Below are positions 34,107-42,673 of a DNA stretch of 44,247 nucleotides, piece after piece. The position numbers were made by a program, and so were the translations under genes. The notes beneath the pieces are model-generated. The model was not told where the DNA came from, made no database searches, and saw only the letters and a program-made list of their open reading frames with translations. The stretch is from Thermoplasmata archaeon. Lineage in GTDB: Archaea; Thermoplasmatota; Thermoplasmata; RBG-16-68-12; JAGMCJ01. Numbering within the stretch: position 1 is the stretch's first letter; every line of letters begins with the position of its first letter. The stretch lies in assembly GCA_023130895.1 (NCBI GenBank), contig JAGMAI010000121.1, positions 1 through 44,247 of the forward strand. Direction: 5' to 3'.

Positions 34107-34292
34107 CCGCCCTTCTAATCATCCTTGAAGGACTTAAGGGATGTGGTACAGTTTTTTGACAGCGCCAATTGGTTGAGGCTCGAATGCCAATGACGCCTTC
34201 ACTCACGGATCTTCCAGATGACTGACCGCGCCCTGTGATGCTCGCTCTGGACGCTCACGCGGACCAGCGAAAGAATATTGTAGGCGAATCTG

Positions 34293-34649
34293 ATGGACAC
34301 GGTGAGGGATTCCATAGCTCCAGATAGGGTTTCCGTTGTTGACTGGCTTGAGAACAAGCCCTATCCGTACATAGCCGCGCATGTTCTCCCAGTGGTCGCG
34401 TTTCTCTACGCCCTCATCGTAGTTCTAGCAAGCTGGTTGTGGATCGGATGCGGTCGTCTCGTCCCGCACATCTGTGGCTCGAGCATCGGTGGCGTACTGC
34501 TGAGCGTTGCGGCACTCGTGTCCGTCTGGAACGCGCCCTGGCCCCGCGAGCAGTGGCCCTTGCGGCCCTTGGCGCTCTCGCTCATGGCGTTGTCCAGTCT
34601 CCTTCTGGTCATCCTCATTGCCGTGTATCGCCCACTGTTCTGCGGCTAG
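34293..34649 (+). CDS. Small membrane protein (3 TM, hypothetical)
   Basis: Three hydrophobic helices. An AAGAATATTGTA box lies about 15-25 nt upstream, suggesting a leaderless transcript. Confidence 0.55.
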   Translation: MDTVRDSIAPDRVSVVDWLENKPYPYIAAHVLPVVAFLYALIVVLASWLWIGCGRLVPHICGSSIGGVLLSVAALVSVWNAPWPREQWPLRPLALSLMALSSLLLVILIAVYRPLFCG

Positions 34650-34733
34650 GCTCAGCGGAAGTCCTCGCTTTGGTGGGTCTGCATTGAGCACATGGCAAAG
34701 ATGATAAGAAACCACCACATACATTAGAATGAT

Positions 34734-35024
34734 ATGAGGGAAGAGAGAGGATCTCGCTCGCATGCGAGAGCTGTGGTGGGAACAATGGCAGCTCTTCTCT
34801 TCTCGCTGGGTGTCATTCCCATCGCGTGGTTCTATTTCGGATTTGGACATGGAATCGACCTGTTTGCTCCCCTGGCGGTCCTTGGATTTCTCCTCGGCGT
34901 CCAGGCGATCATCCTGATCGCCATTGACGGCCCAGCATGGGACTCGTGGTCGCTCATGCTGTCCGCCGTTGTCTCGATCCTCGCGGTGGTGCTTGCGGCC
35001 GCCCTTTCACTGATGTGGTTATGA
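34734..35024 (+). CDS. Small membrane protein (3 TM, hypothetical)
   Basis: Hydrophobic helices (MAALLFSLGVIPIAWFYFGF, LFAPLAVLGFLLGVQAIILIAI, LMLSAVVSILAVVLAAALSLMW). Its stop overlaps the next start (ATGA). Confidence 0.55.
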   Translation: MREERGSRSHARAVVGTMAALLFSLGVIPIAWFYFGFGHGIDLFAPLAVLGFLLGVQAIILIAIDGPAWDSWSLMLSAVVSILAVVLAAALSLMWL

Positions 35025-35533
35025 TGCAGCTTAGCGGAATCGAAGATGGCGAGGTCACAGGAAGATGGCAGAAGCTAGGTGGATTGTTTGTCATCACGTC
35101 GCTAGCCCTGCTTCTTGTGTGCGTGGGAGCTCTCGCCTACTTCCTCACCCTGCCTCCCCCCGAGCCGTCCTGCGATTGGTACTGGGACTACAATGCCATG
35201 ATCGTCCCCGAGCAGGTCCCGGAGGGATACAGGTTCGTGGTCACATCGACGTCGGACAGAGCGCCCTTTCAATGCTACATCGTGCTTGCACTGCGAAACG
35301 GGAGTGCCTGGCCAGACTGGTCCGGCCTCCCCACCACGGTCTCAGAAGGCGTTCTCACCTCATGGCAGATGGAAGAGTCCTTGAGTTTCAACGACTCCGA
35401 TGGCGACGGCCGACTCTCAAGAGGTGACTACTTCGAGATGAGGGACTTGCGGGCGGATACGGAATACGAGCTCGTTCTGCTCAACCCGAAGAACTGGAAT
35501 ATGGTGGCACGGGCGACGATTCATACACCCTAG
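35021..35533 (+). CDS. N-terminally anchored extracytoplasmic protein with a Ca-binding-loop-like motif (hypothetical)
   Basis: The start at ATG 35021 overlaps the upstream stop. TM helix LGGLFVITSLALLLVCVGALAYFL. The ectodomain is beta-rich and contains NDSDGDGRLSRGDYF. Confidence 0.6.
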   Translation: MMQLSGIEDGEVTGRWQKLGGLFVITSLALLLVCVGALAYFLTLPPPEPSCDWYWDYNAMIVPEQVPEGYRFVVTSTSDRAPFQCYIVLALRNGSAWPDWSGLPTTVSEGVLTSWQMEESLSFNDSDGDGRLSRGDYFEMRDLRADTEYELVLLNPKNWNMVARATIHTP

Positions 35534-35559
35534 ACGGATCGGACGCCCACCCTCGCCCC

Positions 35560-35889
35560 TCAGATCATAATCAGGGTTCGGGTGAGGAAGATGTATGCCA
35601 GCATGACCAGCAATCCCGCGAGGACCAGGAAGCTCGAGATGCGGACCCTGTTGCTCTTCAGGAGAAATCCGGCAATGTGCAGGGAGAAAATGGTCGCAAT
35701 GGCAAGGGCGGTGATGCCGTGGGAGATGAACTCTCTCGCTTGGATGTCCTCGGGCGTCGTCCTGTATCTGTCATAGCCGAGGACAATGCTCGGAACCACA
35801 ACCGACAGGAGGATGAAGAACGCCACAGCTACGCCCACAGCCACGGCCTCCAAAGCTAGTTTCCGGTTCACCCTCATCTTGATGGACAT
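35560..35889 (-). CDS. Small membrane protein (3 TM, hypothetical)
   Basis: Three hydrophobic helices follow the N-terminus MSIKMRVNRKLALEAVAVGVAVAFFILL. Confidence 0.55.
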   Translation of the reverse strand: MSIKMRVNRKLALEAVAVGVAVAFFILLSVVVPSIVLGYDRYRTTPEDIQAREFISHGITALAIATIFSLHIAGFLLKSNRVRISSFLVLAGLLVMLAYIFLTRTLIMI

Positions 35890-35940
35890 ATGCTCTCCGT
35901 GCAGAAATCTCTTTTGTCCTCAGGTGATGTCAAGAGACCC

Positions 35941-36186
35941 TCACCAGTCCGTTCTCTGCCCTCTCGAATCCGCGATCTTCATGTGTGGATGTGCCCCCTT
36001 TGCCCTCGCGACCGCCTCGAATATCTTCTGGATGGTCCGCGGGCTGAAATCGAACCCGGACTTGAGCTCCAGCCTGTCGTTCTCGGTCCTTATTACCATG
36101 CCGTACGTGTCCCTCGGTTCCACGCGTTCCTGCGGGAGGTCCGAGATGAGGTCGAGGATAATCATGCCCAGATCCAATCCGTCCAC
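35941..36186 (-). CDS. Hypothetical 81-aa protein; start uncertain
   Basis: The ORF is in the same frame as 36253..37299, separated only by a TAA. The only upstream start is GTG 36186, which sits inside a dockerin/EF-hand-like loop (WDLDRDGRVDGLDLGMIILDL). There is an internal ATG at codon 8. Confidence 0.35.
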   Translation of the reverse strand: MDGLDLGMIILDLISDLPQERVEPRDTYGMVIRTENDRLELKSGFDFSPRTIQKIFEAVARAKGAHPHMKIADSRGQRTDW

Positions 36187-36252
36187 TCTCCCGTCCCTGT
36201 CCAGGTCCCACTGATGGTCCCACTCGCGGTGAGTCCCCCAATAATACCTGTA

Positions 36253-37299
36253 TTAAGCGGACGCGGGGTTCCTCTTCCTCCAGATCCGGACCGACTTGAC
36301 GTCCCTCCAGAGGGCCTCAAACCGCTTCCTCCTGCCCACCGAGTACTCGATCTTGCGGTCGCTTACCCTGACCTCCTTGTGCAAAGCCAATACAAGCGCT
36401 ATCGTCACACCTACGACGATGAGGAAGGTCATGGTGCAAAGACCCGCAGGTAGCGAAACTCCCCAACTCAATGCAATGAAGCCGACAATGGCGAACGAGA
36501 TCCCCAGTCCAACGAGGATCGCCATCCACTCCCACATCGCGGACCCTTTGAACGTCTTGACGAACTCTTCGGTAGGCTCGGTTTCTCGCTCCGACCTCTC
36601 CGGAGCCCGCCACCAGAAGCCCTCCGGGTAGAACCCTTCGTCCGGCCGCCCGCGTCTGCTCGCCGCCTCGGTGACGAGGAAGGATATCTTCCGCGCGTTC
36701 TCCGGCGCGAAGTCCACCCATGGCGAGATGTCCGCCTGGAAGTCGAGGTACCGCAGTGCCGACCGCAGGTACTGGGCCGAATCCAGCTCCCGCAGGAACT
36801 GGTCGAACTGCTGCGGGCCCTTGAGCGGGAACCAGTTCTTGGGCACAGGCTCGCGGGACCGCTCCTTGGCAATCGTGTCCTCCAGCCTCTTGGCGGTTGC
36901 CGTGGCCTCGTCCTCCAGCGCTCGCGTGACTTCCCGCCAATGCCCTCGGAGCAGCGTTCCGAGCCTCTCCGAGAGCGAGATCATGCTCTTCCGCATCGAT
37001 CTCGCGTCAACGCCCGCCTCCACGAGCACTTGCAGTGATTCCCTCAGCTGGCCGAACCGTATCAGGATCCCGATGATCCTCTCCGGGACATGTCCGCTCG
37101 ACTCGAGGTCAGCGACGAGCTGCTCGAGCCCAGGAGCTCTGCCATTGCCGTGGAGCATGTCACGGCACTCTGTCTCAAGCTGCACCCTCCGATCGGCTTC
37201 CCTCATCTCCGATTGCATTATGGGTTCCGCAGTAAAAACGTTGTGCACGCCAAAAGACTTAAGAGCCCTCCCGTAATCTTTCGTACTGGAGGGAATCAC
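36253..37299 (-). CDS. Hypothetical protein: helical cytoplasmic domain, 2 TM, and a short PH-like C-terminal segment
   Basis: The ORF has coding-like composition. TM pair: WMAILVGLGISFAIVGFIAL and LCTMTFLIVVGVTIALVLAL. The track start is GTG 37299; the ATG at 37218 (MQSEMRE) with an A/T-rich box upstream is an alternative. Confidence 0.6.
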   Translation of the reverse strand: MIPSSTKDYGRALKSFGVHNVFTAEPIMQSEMREADRRVQLETECRDMLHGNGRAPGLEQLVADLESSGHVPERIIGILIRFGQLRESLQVLVEAGVDARSMRKSMISLSERLGTLLRGHWREVTRALEDEATATAKRLEDTIAKERSREPVPKNWFPLKGPQQFDQFLRELDSAQYLRSALRYLDFQADISPWVDFAPENARKISFLVTEAASRRGRPDEGFYPEGFWWRAPERSERETEPTEEFVKTFKGSAMWEWMAILVGLGISFAIVGFIALSWGVSLPAGLCTMTFLIVVGVTIALVLALHKEVRVSDRKIEYSVGRRKRFEALWRDVKSVRIWRKRNPASA

Positions 37300-37317
37300 A
37301 CGAGGAAATGGCAGGTC

Positions 37318-37476
37318 GTGCTGGGCCTATTCATGGTCGCGGTGGCCTGGGCCATGTTCTTCGCGCTTCCGGTGGTCTTCGTGGAGGTCCCCATCGCTCT
37401 CTGGGTGATGATGCCGGTCATCTTCGGAATCGGGGTTTACATGTTCGCCTGGGGGTTCGTGGTGGAGCTGCACTAG
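37318..37476 (+). CDS. Possible 47-52-aa two-TM miniprotein
   Basis: (V)LGLFMVAVAWAMFFALPVVFVEVPIALWVMMPVIFGIGVYMFAWGFVVELH. The start is GTG 37318 or ATG 37333. The upstream part of the track ORF (from 37090) is antisense to 36253..37299. Confidence 0.35.
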   Translation: MLGLFMVAVAWAMFFALPVVFVEVPIALWVMMPVIFGIGVYMFAWGFVVELH

Positions 37477-37580
37477 TATACACTCCCGCAGCATTCGGTT
37501 CATGGAGACTGGTATGACGATCCATGTAGTCCCGACATTCAAGAAGGAAAGCCTTTAATACAGTCGTCCTGTTCTGCGCT

Positions 37581-37781
37581 TTGCGCAGGGAAACCTGCGA
37601 GATTATTGGAGGTGGAAAACTGGCAAGATGTGGAGGTTGTGGGAACGACACGAATGCTTGTCCGACACACGGTTGTTTTCTTCTGGAGGGAGACGGGACA
37701 CTTACGTGTGCCCATCCCTGGTTGCATCCTCCCGGGAAGACCGACGTGATCTATTGCGCCTTTTGCGGCAAGGCTCTGTAG
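37581..37781 (+). CDS. Possible Cys-rich zinc-ribbon miniprotein (66 aa)
   Basis: CGGCG...CPTHGC...C...CAFCG gives eight Cys and one His arranged in pairs. Only a TTG start is available and the codon bias is weak. Confidence 0.3.
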   Translation: MRRETCEIIGGGKLARCGGCGNDTNACPTHGCFLLEGDGTLTCAHPWLHPPGKTDVIYCAFCGKAL

Positions 37782-37844
37782 GTCGGCAGCTCAGGAAGGA
37801 TTCACGAGAGCAAGATCGCGTGTTCGGAGAAGCATCACCCTCGA

Positions 37845-39482
37845 CTAGGATAGCTGGAAGCTTCTTCTGGTCTTCTCTGCAAGCCAATGTGAGCCCTCGC
37901 TCTCAAGCATATCGATCGCACGGCTGGCGTAGTCTTCTGCCCTCTTTCGATCATCCTGCGCCTGCCAATAGAGGGCGAAATCATGGTACGCTAACGCGAG
38001 GGCGTATTCATCCTTCACTTCCTTGAGTAAGGCGATGGCTTTCTCGAAGATCTCTCCCGATTTCTTCCATTCCTTCTCCTCGCGAAAGATGGACGCCTCG
38101 ACTCTGAGGCAGTCTCCCAGCGCGGACTTGTCATTCAGTCCTTCGGCCATCTCCAAGGAGGTCCTGCACGAGAGCATCGCGTCTGACAATGTACCCTTCT
38201 CAAGTAGCTCCTTGGCTCTCTCCAGATGGGCGTTCGCTACGTCCCATTTCTGCCCCATCTTCTCCGCGAGTTCCAGGTACTTCGAGGAATGCTCCAGAGC
38301 ACTCTCGAGGTCTCCCTTATATCGGTTCGCCCTGGAAAGATGCCTGTGAGCCAAGCACTGGAGGTATTCATCCCCAGCGTTCTCCGCAATCTCCAATGCT
38401 TTCATGAACCGCTCCAAGGCCTCGTCGAACTCCCCCAGGAGCTCGTAGTGAACGCACCCCGTGGACATTGTGAGCTTTGAGGCGGTGCAAAAGCTGCCCG
38501 TCTCCTGTGCCAGTCTGACTCCGGCGCTGAGGTGTTCCAGGGCCTTCCTGGGGTCGCCCAGATTCGCATAGGCTATCCCCAGGTTGTTCTGAGTGGCCGC
38601 CTCTCCATCCAAGCTTCCTGCCTTCCTGCGGAAATCGAGGCTTCTCAGGAGATGTTCCTCTGCCTTGTGGAAATCCTGAGGCTCTCCGAATATATACGAG
38701 AGACCGAGAATGCTGTGGGCCTTCCCTACATCGTTCTCTTGACCTGGGTGATGCTCGAGCATATTCATCGCCTCGTTCGCGGCCCTCTTCGACTCATCCC
38801 ACCTACGCATTTGGTGAAGGGCCTGAGAGAAGACCAGGCGCAGTTTCCCAAACTCCGTGCTCTTCTCGTCCTCCAGCAATACCCGAGCCTTCTCAAGAGA
38901 CTTGAGGGCTTCGTCTGCCTTTCCCATGGAGATATGGACCCTCCCCAACTTCCTGTGGATTCTCGATGAGACCTCCGCCTCTGGAGAGAGTTCCAGGACG
39001 GACCGATAACTTGCCATGGCCTGTTCGTGCTGACCGATGAGCTCGAGGACCTCACCAAGACCTTCACGCGCCTCCAGGCGGCCGCCGTCCTCGATCTGCA
39101 GCTCCAAGACGTTGGAGTAATACCCGATCGCATCATCGTTGCGGTAGGTCGCCTTCGCCTTCCTTCCCTGCTCCAGAAGGTGTGGTAGTATCCCGCGGGC
39201 GAATCTCTCCTTCTCCGTCGGTGTCAGGATCCTTCTGAAGTACGTGCGGATGACCTCGTGCGCCTCGTAGCGCCCGTCACCGACTATCCGTATCAGCGAC
39301 TTGTTCCTCAGCGCCAGGAGCGTGTCGAAATCCAGGTCCTCCTCGATGAAGAGCGCGTTCGCCTCGAAGGGCCTGTCGAACAGGCAGGCGACCTTCATCA
39401 TTTTCTTCTCGCTGTCCTCGAGGCTGGAGTAGATCTCCTCGCCGATGAAGTCGTCGATGCCTCTGAGTATCTCAGGGTCCAC
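37845..39482 (-). CDS. STAND NTPase C-terminal half: winged-helix (ARC2-like) domain plus a TPR array of about 10 repeats
   Basis: The N-terminus EEIYSSLEDSEKKMMKVACLFDRPFEANALF...LRNKSLIRIVGDGRYEAHEVIRTYF matches the STAND WH pattern (SY..L....K.cF..c..F......L......Li......y.mH.li). TPR motifs follow (A...Y...LE..P; LG..Y...G....A...). The start is GTG 39482, with GGGAGG 7 nt upstream, inside the preceding gene. Confidence 0.8.
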   Translation of the reverse strand: MDPEILRGIDDFIGEEIYSSLEDSEKKMMKVACLFDRPFEANALFIEEDLDFDTLLALRNKSLIRIVGDGRYEAHEVIRTYFRRILTPTEKERFARGILPHLLEQGRKAKATYRNDDAIGYYSNVLELQIEDGGRLEAREGLGEVLELIGQHEQAMASYRSVLELSPEAEVSSRIHRKLGRVHISMGKADEALKSLEKARVLLEDEKSTEFGKLRLVFSQALHQMRRWDESKRAANEAMNMLEHHPGQENDVGKAHSILGLSYIFGEPQDFHKAEEHLLRSLDFRRKAGSLDGEAATQNNLGIAYANLGDPRKALEHLSAGVRLAQETGSFCTASKLTMSTGCVHYELLGEFDEALERFMKALEIAENAGDEYLQCLAHRHLSRANRYKGDLESALEHSSKYLELAEKMGQKWDVANAHLERAKELLEKGTLSDAMLSCRTSLEMAEGLNDKSALGDCLRVEASIFREEKEWKKSGEIFEKAIALLKEVKDEYALALAYHDFALYWQAQDDRKRAEDYASRAIDMLESEGSHWLAEKTRRSFQLS

Positions 39483-39483
39483 G

Positions 39484-40632
39484 TCATGACCTCCCGGAGT
39501 AGCTGCCTATGAGTTCCAGGAACAGTGGGTGGCCCCCGGTCCTCTTGTACACGGCCTCGAAGTCGTTCTCGACGCCCTTGTTCTCCATCCACTCCTTGGT
39601 GCTCTCGAAGTCAAGGCCTGTGAGCTCGACCTCCTCCACTGTCTTCTTTATCATCACCGCCTTTCGGTCGTAGAACGGGACCGCCTCCCTGGAGAGGACG
39701 AGAAGATTGGTGTCGTCGGTCCTCTCGGTAACGTCCCCGACCATCGAGAAGAAGTCGATCATCTCCTCGCCAGCATGTTGGAAGTCGTCGAATATCATCA
39801 CGGAGTTGCTCTTGTCCAGCTCCTTCTCGAGCAGGACCTCGACCCTGCCAAGGTCGACTGCAGCGCCCCCGCTGACGTGCTCGTAAAGCATCGTGCTCCC
39901 CAGAGCTCTCAGGAACCGCCCCATCTTCAGCAGGACGGTCGTGGGCGTGTCCCACTTGCGGGTCTGGTGCCAGAGCAGGTTCTTGCTCTCCCGCATCTCA
40001 TTGCACACGGCCGTGGCAAGCGCCGTCTTGCCGATGCCCGCCAGACCGCGAATGACGACTATCTTCCTCTCGTCCAGGAGGGACATTATCCTCTCAATCT
40101 CCCTGAACCTGTCTACGAAGTCCGGGGTTCTGGGGGCCTCCTCAGTATGGTCGACCAGGCGCTCCTCCTTGGCCTCCTCCGCCACGAGAGCGCCGACATC
40201 CATAATGCCGTCATCGCCAATGGCTGACAGCACCTCCATCATCCTGCGCCCCTTGGTGTACCTCTCCATGACTTCTGTCACCAGACCCTCTCGGAGCTTC
40301 CCGCTGGCGGTCATATAGCTTACGTGAGATCCCATCACGAGGTCCCTGACCTTGGACGCGTCCACCCAGCCCACGCTCGTCAGGTGGTATACCTTCAGTC
40401 TCTGCTTCTTTCCGGTCACGTGGGCGGTGCGCTCCTCCACTTGTCCCCCTTCAAGTAGCGGTTTCAGGTACTGGGAGAGATGCTTCAGGCGGATTCCCAC
40501 CCTTTCGGAGATTCCCGATTGGGTGATCTCGGGCGGGACCGAGTACTCCTCGGAGAACCTAGCGTACTCAAGAAGATGGAGTTGGATCTTCTCCTTAACG
40601 GTGAGACTAATGCCTATGGACCTGTCGCTCAT
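39484..40632 (-). CDS. STAND NTPase N-terminal half: wHTH DNA-binding domain plus NB-ARC/Arch_ATPase-type P-loop NTPase and a helical (ARC1-like) domain
   Basis: wHTH: ITQSGISERVGIRLKHLSQYLKPLLEGGQVEE...RLKVYHLTSVG. Walker A: VVIRGLAGIGKTALA. Walker B: SVMIFDDFQH. Also LLVLSRE, and the GxP motif RTGGHPLFLELIG. I preferred the start at ATG 40632 (MSDRSIG), which has TATA-like boxes 15-40 nt upstream, over the track's 40716. Confidence 0.8.
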   Translation of the reverse strand: MSDRSIGISLTVKEKIQLHLLEYARFSEEYSVPPEITQSGISERVGIRLKHLSQYLKPLLEGGQVEERTAHVTGKKQRLKVYHLTSVGWVDASKVRDLVMGSHVSYMTASGKLREGLVTEVMERYTKGRRMMEVLSAIGDDGIMDVGALVAEEAKEERLVDHTEEAPRTPDFVDRFREIERIMSLLDERKIVVIRGLAGIGKTALATAVCNEMRESKNLLWHQTRKWDTPTTVLLKMGRFLRALGSTMLYEHVSGGAAVDLGRVEVLLEKELDKSNSVMIFDDFQHAGEEMIDFFSMVGDVTERTDDTNLLVLSREAVPFYDRKAVMIKKTVEEVELTGLDFESTKEWMENKGVENDFEAVYKRTGGHPLFLELIGSYSGRS

Positions 40633-40767
40633 GTCCTCGATTCTATGTATATTTTCATCGTGATAAATACGTTTGGTCGGATATCCTAAAAGGACTCCTA
40701 TGGAACTCCTACACATCCCTTATCTGATTCCTCCAACAATGAAGGGCTCAGAAAGCGGAGGTGTAAG

Positions 40768-40989
40768 ATGATAGGAAGGAGAGAAGGCATCAATGACGTC
40801 CTCGGGATCCGGAGAATGGGCGTGTTCCCCCGGCTCGACATGCAGATCGGGGGGACGAAGCACCAGTTCATGCTGGACGGGCGCCCGCTCATCAGGGCCC
40901 GCAGGACCCACGAGGAGTACCAGATGGACGCGCTCAGGCGGTGGCTCCAGGGCGAGGACGAGGCCTTCGAAGACTGGCTCGCCAAGTAG
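40768..40989 (+). CDS. Hypothetical 73-aa protein, divergent from the STAND gene
   Basis: A strong SD (GCGGAGGTGTAAG) precedes the ATG. The sequence is charged and soluble-looking, and I recognise no family. Confidence 0.5.
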   Translation: MIGRREGINDVLGIRRMGVFPRLDMQIGGTKHQFMLDGRPLIRARRTHEEYQMDALRRWLQGEDEAFEDWLAK

Positions 40990-41002
40990 GTTGCAGATCA
41001 AG

Positions 41003-41060
41003 GCAGGAGGTTCTTGGCTCCATCAGCCACCCCTGGAGAGCCTCCTGCTCGCTTTTCTTA
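41003..41060 (+). terminator. Possible stem-loop followed by a T-rich tract, downstream of 40768..40989
   Basis: GCAGGAGG (41003-41010) pairs with CCTCCTGC (41041-41048), and inner pairing GGCTCCA/TGGAG.CC is possible. The stem is followed by TCGCTTTTCTTAATC. Confidence 0.3.
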
Positions 41061-41270
41061 ATCTCTCTCCCGGAGGGCATGCCAGGGCTCCTCCGATATT
41101 CTCATCTCTCAACTAGGACTCAGGGAACGTCAGTTGAATCCCAGCCCGTGCGCAGGTTCTCATTGAGCGCGTCGAGGGCCATCATGTCCTCGTCTGTAAC
41201 TGGGATGTAGAACCCACAGGAAGGATTATTAGCAGGAAGACGACTAGTAAGTATAGTTGCGGAGATTCAA

Positions 41271-42587
41271 ATGAAGAGACGCAAGACTTGGCGAAGGACG
41301 TTATCCGTTTGGGCGGTCCTCATATTCGTTCTGCAGCCGGTAATCGGGTTGGCAGCTGCTGACGGCGGCGTTTTTGGAAAGTCTCACACCGTATTCCAGG
41401 TTGAGGAAGGCTCGCAGGATGCGGTGATACATTACGTGAACGGCGTCCAGCGGATGTTCATTTCCGTGACCTTCGATTGGCAGGAATCGGAGACCATGGC
41501 CTGGATATTCCCCCTCCCATCCGATCCTGAGGACATCGGTGTTGACATCGTCGACGGTTCGCCGGAGTTCTCAGGGTCTGATTTCGTCGAGGACGCGAAG
41601 GACTCCGTCGCAGATGCCGCTAGTCTATTCACATTCATCTACGCCGCTTCTATTGGAATCCCTTGGCCACTCACATACTCCCTCACGAGTTTGACCGGTC
41701 TCATAGGAACCGGTCACGCGGGCTATACCGTTCTCAAGCGTCTTGAGATGGGCGGGCTCGTCGTGGAAGTTGTCTCTGCGACAGAGGGAGAAGGTATCTA
41801 CAACTATCTGGCGGGCAACGGCCTGGAGATCTCCGAGGGCGTAATCCCGCAGTTGGACGCCTATGTCCAGGATGATTTCTCCTTCGTGGTGACCTGGGTA
41901 GAGGAGACAGGGATAACGCTCAAAGAACCTGGCATCATTGTCAGATTCCCCACGGACAGGATGTACTATCCGTTGATTCTGACGAGCATATACGGGAGCC
42001 ATGTTGTGCCGATGAGGGTTCTGGTGATAGGACACGTGTCACCGAGGATATATGATGGGATCAGGTCGTACACGGAACTCACGTACTACTGGCGGGGGAG
42101 CACCTATGCTGCTCTTTGGGACGAATATTCTTACGAGCTTCGAAGCTTCGTCGAATCTATCACCGAAAGCTGGAACAGGGAATTCACGATAATAGAGCTG
42201 TCAGCACCTTCAAGCGCCCTGACCGAGGACCTCTGGATCGACGAGGCGGAGCCTGAACGCGTGGCCCGTGCCGCATACGTTCACAGCCTGTTCGAAACGC
42301 ACGGAATCCTCACATTCCTGCTTCTGTTCGCCGTCGTCTCACCTGCCATAGGGCTTGTCGTCGGGGTGGGCGTCATCGGCCGGAGTAGGGACATGGCCCC
42401 TTACTACTTCCTGTACGGGATGTCAAACATCGTTGGCATCCTGGGCCTGATCCTAGGAGCGAGAGCGATGCAGCAACACCTGGGCATTCCCCCAGAGAAA
42501 CTGGCCGTGTTCATTATCGCTTTCTCTTTCACGTTCTACGGAACCATCATGGCGATAATGGGCGCGTTCTACCTCTTTGCCTCGTAG
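41271..42587 (+). CDS. DUF2330-like secreted protein with C-terminal TM helices
   Basis: A signal peptide is followed by DGGVF...Q.A(V)I.Y.NG.Q..FISV.F......MAWIFPLPS.P, the pattern I associate with DUF2330. There are three C-terminal TM segments. Confidence 0.65.
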   Translation: MKRRKTWRRTLSVWAVLIFVLQPVIGLAAADGGVFGKSHTVFQVEEGSQDAVIHYVNGVQRMFISVTFDWQESETMAWIFPLPSDPEDIGVDIVDGSPEFSGSDFVEDAKDSVADAASLFTFIYAASIGIPWPLTYSLTSLTGLIGTGHAGYTVLKRLEMGGLVVEVVSATEGEGIYNYLAGNGLEISEGVIPQLDAYVQDDFSFVVTWVEETGITLKEPGIIVRFPTDRMYYPLILTSIYGSHVVPMRVLVIGHVSPRIYDGIRSYTELTYYWRGSTYAALWDEYSYELRSFVESITESWNREFTIIELSAPSSALTEDLWIDEAEPERVARAAYVHSLFETHGILTFLLLFAVVSPAIGLVVGVGVIGRSRDMAPYYFLYGMSNIVGILGLILGARAMQQHLGIPPEKLAVFIIAFSFTFYGTIMAIMGAFYLFAS

Positions 42588-42673
42588 CGGACGCGCTCAT
42601 CCGAGGCCAGGAATCCAGTTGGAGCGCTCCTCCTATCTTGGCAAGAGATACGCACAGCCTCGTGAATCTTGCG

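Noticed and set aside
37628-38026. 132-aa + strand ORF overlapping the 3' end of the TPR gene
   Set aside because: It is Arg/Ser-rich and antisense to a well-supported TPR coding frame, so it is most likely a shadow ORF.
39478-39492. prfB-like programmed +1 frameshift (SD-like GGGAGG, then TCA TGA C) fusing the two STAND halves
   Set aside because: The layout superficially resembles the RF2 site. However, tRNA re-pairing from UCA to CAU would be poor, and the GGAGG-to-GTG spacing (7 nt) is ideal for ordinary re-initiation. I kept it only as a minor alternative in the finding.
41121-41266. Minus-strand peptide ...YIPVTDEDMMALDALNENLRTGWDSTDVP* upstream of the DUF2330-like gene
   Set aside because: There is no start codon apart from an ATG that leaves only 21 codons. 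There is no SD and I recognise no family. It may be a gene remnant, but the evidence is insufficient.
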